From the NCBI GenBank assembly GCA_964016885.1, contig OZ024759.1, forward strand, positions 22,692,001 through 22,756,000: DNA of 64,000 nt, in the 5' to 3' direction. Shown here piece by piece: positions 13,418-27,195 of the stretch (the first letter of the stretch is position 1; each line of letters begins with the position of its first letter). This stretch comes from Eledone cirrhosa. Lineage: Eukaryota. The position numbers and the translations under genes were made by a program. The notes under the pieces were generated by a model that did not search any database, had not been told where the DNA came from, and was given only the letters and a program-made list of their open reading frames with translations.

Positions 13418-14154
13418 TTGCGACGACACTGGTGTGAAGGTGTGAAGCTGTATCAGACCTTTCCTTTCTCTTGGGAATTATATATAGTACATATAGTATA
13501 TATATATAGAGTATATACAGGGTATATAAGAGTTCCGATGACACTGTTATTAACCTGTGTCGGCCTTAGACTTTCCCAGCGTCAGTGACAGGAAAAGAGG
13601 AGATTGGTCTACATGGCCGACGGCTGGTCTTCCACATAAATACCTTGCCCAGGTTTGTTCTTCAGAGAAGCCAACCCATAGTCAGTCAGAATTCATGTAC
13701 AGTCATAACAAAAGGGGCCCCTATCTTTTAATTCCTGTAGCTGCCCTCATGGTCACCAATATTTTGTAAAGCATTGCTCCGCTACCAAAATTGTTCATGT
13801 TGAATTAAACCAGCCAGCAATGTATCTAAATACTCTCTCTTACGTGCTTAAATTATATAAATTATATACTAACGACAGCTCACAGCTGGTGAATATATCC
13901 AAACGGAACATGTATTCAGCAATGGCTAATATGATACCCCCAAAGCTACTTTTAGAGGATGTTAATGAATAAATACTCATAAATATTAAGTTAGACATAA
14001 ACACCGCAATACGAAACTTAGAAGAATTTTCTACCTCAAATACTTAGAAATATATGTGTTCTACGATTATTTTCAACATACTGACGAGTATGTATATATA
14101 TATATATGTCTGGGTGTATGTATGTGTATATGTATACATTTATATCTATGAGTA

Positions 14155-14408
14155 TATTCACACAAATACAGACATACATTCAAACAAATACAGACATACA
14201 TTTACACAAATACACACACATACATTCACACAAATACAGACTTACATTCACACAAATACACACACATACATTGACACACATAGACATACATTCACACAAA
14301 TACACACACATACATTCACACAAATACAGACATATACATTCACACAAATACACACACATACATTCACACAAATACACACACATACATTCACACAAATACA
14401 CACACATA
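14155..14408. repeat. ~24-bp CA-rich minisatellite
   Basis: CACATACATTCACACAAATACA(CA) repeated about 10 times. Confidence 0.9.
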
Positions 14409-15343
14409 CGAGATTACAACTAGGAACACAGTTAGCCAGGACAAATACTACAAAGTATTATAACCAACGTTCTAGCGACTCTACCAATCTGTTACGTGTT
14501 ATATGAAACAAATAAGACACAAATCCCAGGATGCTGAAATATATACAATATTCAAAATATTTTATAACAATGATATTACACATGTTTATTGCATGGAACA
14601 CTACGAATACAACAACACACGAAAAAACACTTTACGTAGCGAAAGCGCACAGAGATGCGTTCAGTAATGCAGTGAAAGCAGCCAATAAACATAATAGTAC
14701 TGAACAAAAAAAAAAAAAAAATTGTTTCTAACTTAGACCCGGGGCGAGATATTTTAAAGGAGAGTAGAGTCCATTAAAAATCGACTCCAGTGCATAACAG
14801 GTTGTTTTATCGATCTTCCGAAGTAAGTGGTGAAATTAGACAACAGCAACAACGATTGTTAAAACGAAGCAGATAAGAAATATAAACGCGGAAAACATTT
14901 TGCAATAAACTTCACTGGCTCAATAAAGAATCTATTGTTAGAAATTCAAAGAATTTAACTTGTTTGCTGCCAGAGATTTCTGAAGTACTTGAATATTGAT
15001 TATTTTGGCTCCAGACGTCGTTTTCCTAAAGTCGGAATCATTCACTTTTACTGGAGTCGTCTTGAAAGTTTTTATCTTAATTTGCCAGTAGTTGAGTGTT
15101 TCCAAAGTCGAAATAGTCTCCCATTTGGTGATGGCTCGATATCTTTGTACGACGAGATAAATAGAGGAAGAAGGTGTTAGTTAATAATGTGTGGTAGCTT
15201 ATTACAAAGCAAGATATCTTCTTGAATTTGATATTATTATAGAAAGAAACCGGCATCCAATCCAGTAAAAAGCCCAAGAAGAATACAATCTTTGAACTGA
15301 GGAAAATACACACTGACCTAAACTATTACACACAGGCACGCCT

Positions 15344-15500
<157 letters not shown>

Positions 15501-15843
15501 TATGTATTCCCTTTGGTATTCACCGTTGTTGTTCTTATCTATTGCAAATTGGGCAAATTGGATTACATGGTGGTTTCGTCTAATATAGTAAAGAGACAAC
15601 TCTGATGCCAGGAATTTATTTCTTGTATCATTGTGCGTATAGGGACTGCATCAGATAATTTAACTTGTGTTGTCTAGGTGCGAGTACAGCTCCAATATAC
15701 TACAACAAATATATATATACACACATCCCCACACACACATATATATACATACAAAGATACAAATATATATACATACAAATATATATATATATATATATAT
15801 ATATTGGCAACATGACCCTCCCAAAGTATAACAATATATATAC

Positions 15844-15924
15844 ATAATTGTTTAATACAGAAATGGCTTCTACGAATGAAACGGTTCTAGTCCTCTAGGA
15901 GCCATTTCTATATTAAATAATTGT
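15844..15924. mobile_element. ~80-bp palindromic mini-MITE
   Basis: 29-bp inverted arms 15844-15872 and 15896-15924 with about 4 mismatches. Confidence 0.5.
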
Positions 15925-16108
15925 TTTTTATATAGGCACAAGGCCAGCAATTACCCAATACATTACTGGTACTTTATTTTATCGACCCCGTAAGGATGAA
16001 AGGCAAAGTTAACCTCGGCGGGATTTGAATTCAGACCATAAAGGGCCGTAACTCTTTGCTGCAAAGCATGGTGTCAAACCCTCTACCGATACTGCCAATC
16101 CACCGCCC
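15922..16108 (-). mobile_element. Full-length dominant SINE with target-site duplication (TSD)
   Basis: TCTATATTAAATAAT duplicated at 15907-15921 and 16113-16127. Confidence 0.9.
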
Positions 16109-16193
16109 TATCTCTATATTAAATAATGATGTTTACACACGACTAATGTATTGCGTACCTTAACAACCGTGGTTATCCCTGATTTAACCCGGG

Positions 16194-16238
<45 letters not shown>

Positions 16239-16239
16239 A

Positions 16240-16451
16240 TAGTAAAACACTGGAGGGTTATATCTGTAGTAGTAGAACACTCAGTCCATGGGACGAGTTT
16301 GGTAGAAATAGTTCCACAACAGTTAGTTCACCATACCGAGAAGAAATGTATCACCTTATGCGGATCTTCAGCTTGGTCTGAGTGAACACCGAGCTGAAGA
16401 TCTGCACAAGGTGAAACATTTATTCTCGGTATGGTGAACTAACTGTTGAGG

Positions 16452-16457
<6 letters not shown>
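16240..16457 (-). mobile_element. Fold-back element with a decayed HHR in each arm
   Basis: 70-bp arms 16308-16377 and 16388-16457. Right arm reads ACCGAG-CTGAAGA-..-GAAA-CATTTA-TT-CTCGGT. TA runs at both ends. Confidence 0.7.
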
Positions 16458-16515
<58 letters not shown>

Positions 16516-16679
16516 GTGTGTGTGTGTCTGTGAGATTCACTTTTAAATAGGTATTCTCGATTTTCCGTGGACACATGTGGATGCACACCAAACATATCTA
16601 TAAGTAGACACTCAAACACAAATATACAAAGGCAATGTCTGCGAAACTATCTGTCCTGTAGGGAATCATTTCTGCTCTG

Positions 16680-16950
16680 TTTTAATTTGAACAATATTTG
16701 GGTTTTCTCCGCTCTACAAAGTTGCCATTCTTTGGTTCCGTTTCTACATAGTCAACATCCTCCAAACATTTTCTATTTGATGTCGCAATCCGTTTTCAAC
16801 TCTTTCAATTGCCCATATGATGGGACAAGGCGGTGGTAAACCATTTGTCAACTTAACTGAAAGACCTGTTATGGTTGATAATTCTTTGCTTGAACTTTCC
16901 ATTCAATCATACCGATGTAATGCTTTGTCTCGTACGGTTTGTGTGCTGTA
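16680..16950 (-). pseudogene. Decayed Penelope-like GIY-YIG endonuclease C-terminal region
   Basis: With 2 frameshifts and 3 stops: TKHYIGMIE/GKFKQRIINHNRSFS*VDKWFTTALSHH/QLKELKTDCDIK*KM...NGTKEWQLCRAEKTQIL. Fits the PLE pattern YIG.TE..FK.R..NH..SF...T.LS.H.W.LK...IKWK...C.LC..EK..IL. Confidence 0.7.
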
Positions 16951-17110
16951 GTTCAGGTAAAGTCAGATACATATGATGTATGCCTGGTTTAAAGAAAAAG
17001 GTTTTAGTCTTCTTTCAAGAATAAGCTGGAACACTATGTTAGATCAGACTGTGGGCTATAAAGGTTTTCATAACGCATGTAAAACTGTAGCCAATATTCA
17101 GGCAGTTTAA

Positions 17111-17318
17111 CCCTTTAGCACTTACATTACTCTATATTTACTATTATATTTTCATGGTAAAGGCTTTATCTCACGTAATTATTTCACATAATATTGAATC
17201 TAAGAGATTGTGATATTATTTACTTTGCGAACAGTATAAGCGGTTGGTTACAGCCAGTTTGAACAGAAAGATGTGAGGGACTCCTGACTGGATACGGTCA
17301 GTTTAAATGCTAAGGGGG
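17111..17318. mobile_element. piggyBac-like MITE
   Basis: TTAA|CCCTTTAGCA ... TGCTAAGGGGG|TTAA, with TTAA at 17107-17110 and 17319-17322. Confidence 0.75.
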
Positions 17319-17816
17319 TTAAATTGAAGATATAACTTGCTGGGAAATGCTTATATAACTTATATTAAGACCTACAATTGAAAAATGAAGCTGTTTTTAC
17401 GGGGTCGCTAACTGAACTAAGGTGGAGTTGCATGTAATTTTCTCCACTAAGCGGCTGTTAGCTAGAGCACTTTAAAAGTAAGGGGCCTTATGACCAAAAA
17501 TATATTTTGGAGAAGCCAGAGTGGAAACTGTACATACATTATTCAACGAGATGCTATAAAAAAAAAACTGTTATTTTGGTGATAGGAGTGCATATTCCTA
17601 AACTTCAGTTCTTCATTTGGTTCACACACACACACTTACAGACACATAAACACACACACGCATATCACACACGTATCACACATATCTATATACATACACT
17701 CAAACACACGTATCATATATATCTATATATATACACACACACGCACACACATGTATCATATTTATCTATATACATACAAACACACACACCCACACACGTG
17801 TTTTATATATATATAT

Positions 17817-17872
17817 AGTCCAGAATTAGCCGTCGAAACGGCTTGAGCTCAGCCGTCGGGGTCTTACTTGTT

Positions 17873-17878
<6 letters not shown>
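17817..17878 (+). mobile_element. Solo short arm of fold-back subfamily A
   Basis: AGTCCAGAATTAGCCGTCGAAACGGCTTGAGCTCAGCCGTCGGGGTCTTACTTGTTCC between TA runs. Confidence 0.8.
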
Positions 17879-17912
<34 letters not shown>

Positions 17913-17914
<2 letters not shown>

Positions 17915-18138
17915 GAAAAATTGAACAGGGACAGAACAGAGAGGCAGTACGATAAATGTTTATTAAATTCACGCTCAGGAGAGTGGGGGGTAGGTGGGGG
18001 ACGACGTTTCGGGCATAAGCCCTTCTTCAGGTGAGAAGTGTGTGGGAACAGAGTTCAAAAGGTGTGTAGGGGAGTGGTGGAGAGACAAGTAGCGAAAGGA
18101 AACGGTGCGAATGAAAAATTAACCAATAAAGACAAAAA
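17913..18138 (-). mobile_element. PLE pseudo-LTR-like element with a minimal HHR (18001-18032)
   Basis: Minus strand AC-CTGAAGA-A-GGGC-TTAT-GCCC-GAAA-C-GTC^-GT; related terminus on the plus strand at ~18642-18722. Confidence 0.7.
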
Positions 18139-18410
18139 TATAATAAATAATATATATATATATGACGAAGGAAATGTGGTAAGGATGTGGTAAATATAAT
18201 AAATAATATATATATATATGACGAAGGAAATGTGGTAAGGATGTGGTAAATATAATAAATAATATATATATATATGACGAAGGAAATGTGGTAAGGATGT
18301 GGTAAATATAATAAATAATATATATATATATGACGAAGGAAATGTGGTAAGGATGTGGTAAATATAATAAATAATATATATATATATGACGAAGGAAATG
18401 TGGTAAGGAA
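18136..18410. repeat. 56-bp tandem repeat built from the fold-back element terminus
   Basis: GACGAAGGAAATGTGGTAAGG starts at 18164, 18220, 18276, 18332 and 18388. Confidence 0.9.
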
Positions 18411-18574
18411 CCAGGTGGACCATAACGCACCAAAGTACTCAATACTTAGGGTAGTAGAGTGGGTAATAGGAACAAGTAAGACCCCGACGGCTGAGCTCAA
18501 CCCGTTTCGACGGCTAATTCTGGGGAATTAGCCGTCGAAACGGCTTGAGCTCAGCCGTTGGAGTCTTACTTGTT

Positions 18575-18579
<5 letters not shown>
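18388..18579 (-). mobile_element. Fold-back half-hammerhead element, subfamily A
   Basis: Arms 18466-18520 and 18525-18579. Confidence 0.8.
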
Positions 18580-18644
<65 letters not shown>

Positions 18645-18718
18645 CTACTCTTAAGCGTGAAACTAAAAACAATATCATTTGTACTGCCTCTGTTTTTTTG
18701 TTCTCTGTTCATTTATTA

Positions 18719-18796
<78 letters not shown>

Positions 18797-19012
18797 TACA
18801 AATCGATAGTTGCATTCGATTTGCATATAAGAATTCATATCGAAATATATAAGTAACGTAGATAACAGCATACGTATAGGCACACGTAAAAACATACATG
18901 TGCGTATGTTTGTTTTTGCTGCTGGCTGCATATGGTCATAAATGTATATTTTTTATACAAATACAGACATAAACATGTACGTAAGAGTCTAGGAGGGTTT
19001 GTATGAGTGTTT

Positions 19013-19062
<50 letters not shown>

Positions 19063-19064
19063 GG

Positions 19065-19100
<36 letters not shown>

Positions 19101-19443
19101 AATACACATATATATATACATATACACATATATATATATACATATATACACACACACACATATATATATATATACACACATATAAATACATATATACATA
19201 TACACACATATAAATACATATATACATATGTACATATATATATATACACATATATAAATACACACACACATCTACATATATATATACACACATATATATA
19301 TATATATATATATACATACACATATATATACATATAAATGAGATCGACGGGTATGTGTGTGTGTGTGTGTCTTTGTGTGTACATATACATATGTGTGTAT
19401 GTATATATATATGTGTGTATATATATGTGTAGATGTATGTGTG

Positions 19444-19510
<67 letters not shown>

Positions 19511-19535
19511 ATATATATATGTAGATGTATGTGTG

Positions 19536-19584
<49 letters not shown>

Positions 19585-19661
19585 ATATATATATGTAGAT
19601 GTATGTGTGTATATATATATATGTGTGTGTGTGTGTATATATATATGTAGATGTATGTGTG

Positions 19662-19712
<51 letters not shown>

Positions 19713-19731
19713 ATATATATATGTAGATGTA

Positions 19732-19778
<47 letters not shown>

Positions 19779-20189
19779 CTATAGGTGTGTTGCTTTCTCG
19801 ATTGTGTGAGAAGAGAGAAGGTAAGATTCCAAGATGTTTTAATATATACAAAAAAAAAAAAAAATAATAATAATAAAGTTTTATTATGGGATTTGAAAAG
19901 CTGAAAAATCAATAGAGAACTGCAGAATAAGTAACAAACGTCGTTGATTTAAACAGACAAACTTTTCATTTGATTACACATGAGATTCTCTTACTTACCT
20001 TCCTTTCCTTCCATCCCTCCTCTCTATCTTACTCTCCCTCTCTCTTGTCCTGCCACCCCAGCCAACCCAACCTGACCAAACCCAACCAAATCTCTCTCTC
20101 TCTCTCTCTATCACCCATTGTTTCACTATATGTCACGGTTTCACCATCGTTTAATGTCGATCAACCTGCGAGAATTATATTATATTATA

Positions 20190-20240
<51 letters not shown>

Positions 20241-20241
<1 letters not shown>

Positions 20242-20544
20242 AAAGTTCTATTTAAATTGTTGGGATACAACAAGCAAATATTTTTATAACTGATATAAAG
20301 CACTCAACAAATTATTGGAGTAAAAATACGATATTAACAAATGGAAACTATATTTATAAAACCATTTTTATTTCATTATACATATTTCAAGGACACCAAG
20401 TTAAATTATGGTGTGCTTTCATCAGATAAAATATAATATAGAGCAGTTTTATAAATAAATATTGACATACCCTTAAAGAATGCAACCATTACTGTTGGAA
20501 GCTCCCGGTTTTATAAATATAGTTTCCATTTGTTAATATCGTAT
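20241..20544 (-). mobile_element. PLE-like mini-element with an HHR (20369-20433) and a 38-bp inverted arm
   Basis: Minus strand TATTTTAT-CTGATGA-AAGCACACCA...TGGTGTCCTT-GAAA-TATGTA-TA^-ATGAAATA; 20326-20363 is the reverse complement of 20507-20544. Confidence 0.75.
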
Positions 20545-20560
20545 ATATATATATATATAT

Positions 20561-21285
20561 ACTTCATTTATTCTCATCTCGGGAATAATTTTGAAAAGCG
20601 CCAGTTCGTAATTTGAACTCGGGAATTTTATATTCTCCGAGTGAAAAGATCCTTCTGACGAGAGTTTATATTTGCAATGGATGCCGTAAGGACTGTCCAT
20701 TTATTTTTGAGACTCGAAACCGATTCGGTAAAGGTAACCATAGTGAGTAAAGTTAATTTTTTTAAATTTATTTTGAAACTTTTTCTTATTTGCTAAATCT
20801 TGATTATATATGTTCTGGCTCGTTAATTTATTAACCTGCCATTGAACCACATTAGCATATGGTTGGACAATACATGTGTCCCTAAGCGCTTTGTGCGTGT
20901 AGGGATATATACTTTATTATTATTCTCCTCTTGGTCGAGAAAAAAATTTGGTCGTTCTGACTGCTGTTAGTTATAGTGGTAGTAGACTGACCTCCCTGCC
21001 TTTGCTTCTACCTTTACACACGGCACTTGAAGGAATTGCTTCCACTTCATTTATTATCATCTAGGGAACAATTTTGAATAGTGCCAGTTCATAATTTGAA
21101 CTCGGGAATTTTATATTCTCCGAGTGAAAAGATCCTTCTGATGAAAGTTTATCTTTGCAATGGATGCCGTAAGGACTGTCCATTTATTTTTGAAACTCGA
21201 TACCGATTCGTTAAAGGTAACCATAGTGAGTAAAGGTAATTTTAAAAAATTTATTTTGAAACTTTTTCTTATTTGCTAAACCTTG

Positions 21286-21292
<7 letters not shown>
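20561..21292 (+). mobile_element. Retrozyme-like / non-autonomous PLE: two ~250-bp direct repeats, each with an HHR, period 483 bp
   Basis: 20561-20810 matches 21044-21292; (TA)n on both sides. Confidence 0.75.
20651..20734 (+). ncRNA. Type I hammerhead ribozyme with canonical core
   Basis: CCTT-CTGACGA-GAGTTT...AGACTC-GAAA-CCG-ATT-CGG-TA^-AAGG; predicted cut after 20730. Confidence 0.85.
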
Positions 21293-21353
<61 letters not shown>

Positions 21354-21355
21354 TG

Positions 21356-21391
<36 letters not shown>

Positions 21392-21605
21392 TATGTATAT
21401 ATATATACACACATACATATATACACACACACACATATATACACACATGTGTGTATATACTTAGACATATGTACACACATATGTATATACTTACACACAT
21501 ACACACACATATATATATATATATATAGTAATAATAATATATTTGAAGACTTAAATCCCGTTAAGGGTGAAAGCAGCGTCTCTTTGCTTAAACTTTAATC
21601 TGTTA

Positions 21606-21657
<52 letters not shown>

Positions 21658-21918
21658 GTTTGTCTAGTCTCATGACGTTATAACCATATATGATCTCAGA
21701 CACACACGCACACACAGACACATATATATATATATATATATAAATATATATATGTATATACACATTATACATACATGTGTGTACCAGCCTGTATATCTCT
21801 ACGTATATGCGTGTGTATGCATATGTTACTCAATCCTTGTCTATCTAGATATGTGTCAAGATAATTACATTATACGCAACTATTCTTGCATATTTTCAAT
21901 ACACACACTTATGTAAAA

Positions 21919-21952
<34 letters not shown>

Positions 21953-22041
21953 GCATATATATATTTATACACACATGTATATATATATATATATAGATAT
22001 ATATATATGCATATACATATTTATACAATTTGTATATATAT

Positions 22042-22087
<46 letters not shown>

Positions 22088-22233
22088 TTATACACATTTG
22101 TATATATATATATATGTTTATATAGATATATCCTTTTGATTTTGTGAATGTTTGTAAGCGGATATATTTATATATGTATATATATATATATATGTGTGCG
22201 TGTGTGTGATATATATATATATATATATATATT

Positions 22234-22285
<52 letters not shown>

Positions 22286-22470
22286 GTGTGTGTGAGTATC
22301 TGTACGTCGGATCTGTTAGTAAATTTTGAGGAAGACAAGTAGAATAAATAATAACAGTCTTATTCCTGGTGGAGCAATATTTGACGTTTTACTAATGCCT
22401 CTTACAATAAAGAATAGGCTATTTTGTTTTCATAATCACCGCCACTACACACACACACACACACACACAC

Positions 22471-22532
<62 letters not shown>

Positions 22533-22629
22533 ATGTGTGTGTATTCATACATTTATTTGCAAATATGAACGTTTAATCACCGACTCATATTAATCTAAGA
22601 CAGAAATCAATCTTTGAGTATATATGCGA

Positions 22630-22780
22630 AATGTAAACGAATAACAAAACAAACGACGCATTTCAATGGAGAAATATATTAGTTTAACGCTTTATATAGC
22701 AGGGAGAGAGTCTTAGCGTTTCGGAAACTTGTGATTCACCCCAGAAAATAGAATGAGAAATAAAAGATGAAATAGAAAGA
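22630..22780 (-). mobile_element. Old copy of the 9475/12514 element with decayed HHR
   Basis: ATATATTAGTTTAACGCTT.ATATAG.AGG and TAGAATGAGAAATAAAAGATGA are shared with 10790-10891. Confidence 0.55.
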
Positions 22781-23066
22781 ATGTTCAAGTTATGTAAATA
22801 ACTACGCAGCCAAACCGATAAACGTTACACACATCAGATCTTCACTTACAATCTTATCAAATATGTTCTGAGCGTGAAATGTATAACATTCAGTTCCACA
22901 TGAAACCGCATCACAAGAGAGATAACTCGAATCACTGCAGTTATTATTCTCAACCGGCAGAGAAACATCGACCTACGTGAGTACTCGCTTACATGCACAT
23001 ATTTATGTAAATGTATGTATACATATATATATAGATATACATTATATATGTGTGTGTATATATAAT

Positions 23067-23252
23067 GTGGATTGGCAGTATCGGTAGAGAGTCGGACACC
23101 ATGCTTTGAAGCAAAGAGTTACGTCCCTTTATGATTTGAGTTCAAATCCCGCCGAGGTTAACTTTGCCTTTCATCCTGACGGGGTCGATAAAATAAAGTA
23201 CCAGTAATGTACTGCGTAATTGCTGGCCTTGTGCCTAAAATAGAAACAATTA
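23067..23252 (+). mobile_element. Full-length dominant SINE
   Basis: A box GGATTGGCAGTATCGG, B box GAGTTCAAATCCC, core and tail. Confidence 0.9.
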
Positions 23253-23280
23253 TATATGTGTGTATATAAAAGTGTAATCG

Positions 23281-23320
<40 letters not shown>

Positions 23321-23325
<5 letters not shown>

Positions 23326-23556
23326 TGTCAATATTTATTTATAAAACTAATTCTGTATTGTATTTTATCTGATGAAAGCGCACCATAATTTGCCTTGGTG
23401 GTCCTTGAAATATGTATAATAAAATAAATATGCTTTTATAAATATAGTCTCCATTTGTTAATATTGTATATTTACTCCACTAATCTGTTGAGTGCTTTAT
23501 ATCAGTTATAAACAATTTTTAAGCTTGTAGAATCCCAACAAATTAAATATAACCTC
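23321..23556 (+). mobile_element. Second copy of the 20241 element with an HHR (23361-23426)
   Basis: TATTTTAT-CTGATGA-AAGCGCACCA...TGGTGGTCCTT-GAAA-TATGTA-TA^-ATAAAATA. Confidence 0.75.
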
Positions 23557-23564
23557 TGCATGTA

Positions 23565-23638
<74 letters not shown>

Positions 23639-23778
23639 CCTTTATATATACAGATATTCATTATATATGTGTGTATATAAGTGTGTAATTATACATTTAT
23701 ATATATATATATATATATGTATGCCTTTATATATACAGCTATACATTATGTGTGTTTGTGTGTCTCTGTGTGTGTGTA

Positions 23779-23841
<63 letters not shown>

Positions 23842-24051
23842 CAACAGTTGTAGCTGGGAGTGTATTACCAACATGCAAAAGAATGAAATGTTAGAAACAG
23901 CCAAAGGACAGTGACATAAGCTGCTACTTGCCAATACTGTAATACACTACTTCATTTCAAGGAGCTCCTTTCTACTCTAGACTTTATTAATACAACGGTC
24001 TTTCATACTGCTGCTGATGATGATGATGCGTAATGCCTCTACAATGCATGC

Positions 24052-25172
<1,121 letters not shown>

Positions 25173-25362
25173 GTATATAGATATATAGATATATATGGAT
25201 AGATATATACAGATATATAGATAGATATAGGTATGTATATAATAGATATATACATACATACACACACACACATATATATATATATATATCTTCTGCAGAA
25301 ATAAATACTTGAACGGAATTTCAACTTTCTGGCCTCTTGTCATTTTATTCAATTATATATAT

Positions 25363-25397
<35 letters not shown>

Positions 25398-25400
25398 CAT

Positions 25401-25448
<48 letters not shown>

Positions 25449-25544
25449 TTGGAAAGGTTTGAACGATGAGTGTATATGAATATTCTTACGATTTGAGTAT
25501 TCTCATCTCGAAAGAAAGCTGTTACCAGCTGTACACTATTTCAC

Positions 25545-25627
25545 TATTGGGTCGTCAACTATGAAATATGTAGAAATACGTTCTCTTTCGACAAATGTCT
25601 ACAAATTTAATACTTGGCGATCCAATA
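25545..25627. mobile_element. ~83-bp Tc1/mariner-like mini-MITE
   Basis: TA|TTGGGTCGTCAA...TTGGCGATCCAA|TA with ~35-bp inverted arms. Confidence 0.65.
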
Positions 25628-25871
25628 TTTGCATAGTAAAATGTTTGTTAAGATATAACCACAAATCGAACGGAGAGAGAGAGAGTGTGTGTATCTCTCT
25701 ATTCATCTCCCCATCGTTCTGGTGCACTTTTCTCCTCTCGCCCCTCTCTCTTTATAACCCCCTCATCTCTCAGCCGTTAATCCTTACGGGTTCCATGCAA
25801 TCAATAAATGTAGTAGGGTCAATTTAATCGACTTTAATCTCTTCTTCAAATTGTTGACATGGTGCCAAAAA

Positions 25872-25956
25872 TATTGGGTCGTCAAGTCTGAAATTTGTAG
25901 AAATTTGTTCTTTTTACCTACAAATATCTACAAGCTTCATACTTAACGACCCAATA
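25872..25956. mobile_element. Second copy of the mariner-like mini-MITE
   Basis: TA|TTGGGTCGTCAAGT...ACTTAACGACCCAA|TA. Confidence 0.65.
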
Positions 25957-25974
25957 GAAATAAAGTTTTTTCAA

Positions 25975-26425
25975 TCAAATCCCGCCTTGTTTGCTTAGCA
26001 TTTCATCCTTACGGGATCGATCAAATAAAGTACTAGTCACGCACTGGGATCGATTTAATCGATTTTCTCCTTCCACCAAATTGTTGGCCTTGTGCCTAAA
26101 TTAGAAACCATAATTGGACATTAATGTACGATGGGGTCGATAAAATAAAGTACCAGTGGGATAAAGTACCACTGGGATAATTGCTGGCCTTGTGCCAAAA
26201 GTAGAAACAATTATTGTACAGTATTATGATCGGGCGGTGGATTGGCAGTATCGGTAGAGGGTCGGACGCCATGCTTTGACGCATAGAGTTACGGCCCTTG
26301 CCATTCTGAGCTCAAATCCCGCCGAGGTTAACTTTGCCTTTCATCTTTACGGAGTCGATAAAATAAAGTACCAGCAATGCACTGGGTAATTGCTGGCCTT
26401 GTGCCAAAAGTAGAAACAATTATTG
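25975..26425 (+). mobile_element. Cluster of dominant SINEs; the last copy (26232-26422) is full-length
   Basis: Core and tail motifs; TTATTGTACAG repeated at 26211 and 26420. Confidence 0.85.
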
Positions 26426-26436
26426 TACAGCGGTAT

Positions 26437-26605
26437 TCATCATCATCATCATCATTTTACGTCCGCTTTTCCCTGCTTGCAATGGTGGGACGGGTCCTAT
26501 TCAGCACAGCATCTCTCCACTTGTCACGGCCCTTCGTAATCTCCTCCGTGAGCTTCAGCGATCTAAGGACCACCTCCACCCATGTTTTTCGTGATCTTCC
26601 TCTAC
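26437..26605 (-). mobile_element. RTE-clade LINE 3' end with (TGA)n tail
   Basis: Minus strand RGRSRKTWVEVVLRSLKLTEEITKGRDKWRDAVLNRTRPTIASREKRT*, then TGATGA. Confidence 0.75.
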
Positions 26606-27195
26606 ATTATTGTAGAACACTATTGTGCAACCTTATTGTGCAGTATTATGCAGCAGTATTGTGCACCCTTATTGTGCAATATTATGCAGCCTTATTGTGC
26701 AACCTTATTTTGCAGTATTATGCAGCCTTATTGTGCAACCTTATTTTGCAGTATTATGGAGCCTTATTGTGCAGTATTATGCAGCCTTATTGTGCAGCAG
26801 TATTGTGCAACCTTATTTTGCAGTATTATGCAGCCTTATTGTGCAATCTTATTTTGCAGTATTATGCAGCCTTATTGTGCAATCTTATTTTGCAGTATTA
26901 TGCAGCCTTATTGTGCAGCAGTATTGTGTAACCTTATTTTGCAGTATTATGCAGTCTTATTGTGCAGCAGTATTGTGCAACCTTATTGTACAGCCTTATT
27001 TTGCAACCTTATTTTGCAGTATTATGCAGCCTTATTGTGCAGCCTCATTGTGCAGCCTCATTGTGCAGTCTTATTTTGCAGTATTATGCAGCCTTATTGT
27101 GCAACCTTATTTTGCAGTATTATGCAGCCTTATTGTGCAGCAGTATTGTGCAACCTTATTTTGCAGTATTATGCAGCAGTATTGTGCAGTATTGC
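26606..27195. repeat. 12-bp-based minisatellite with 36/48-bp higher-order units
   Basis: CAGTATTATG / CAGCCTTATTGTG / CAACCTTATTTTG variants. Confidence 0.9.
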
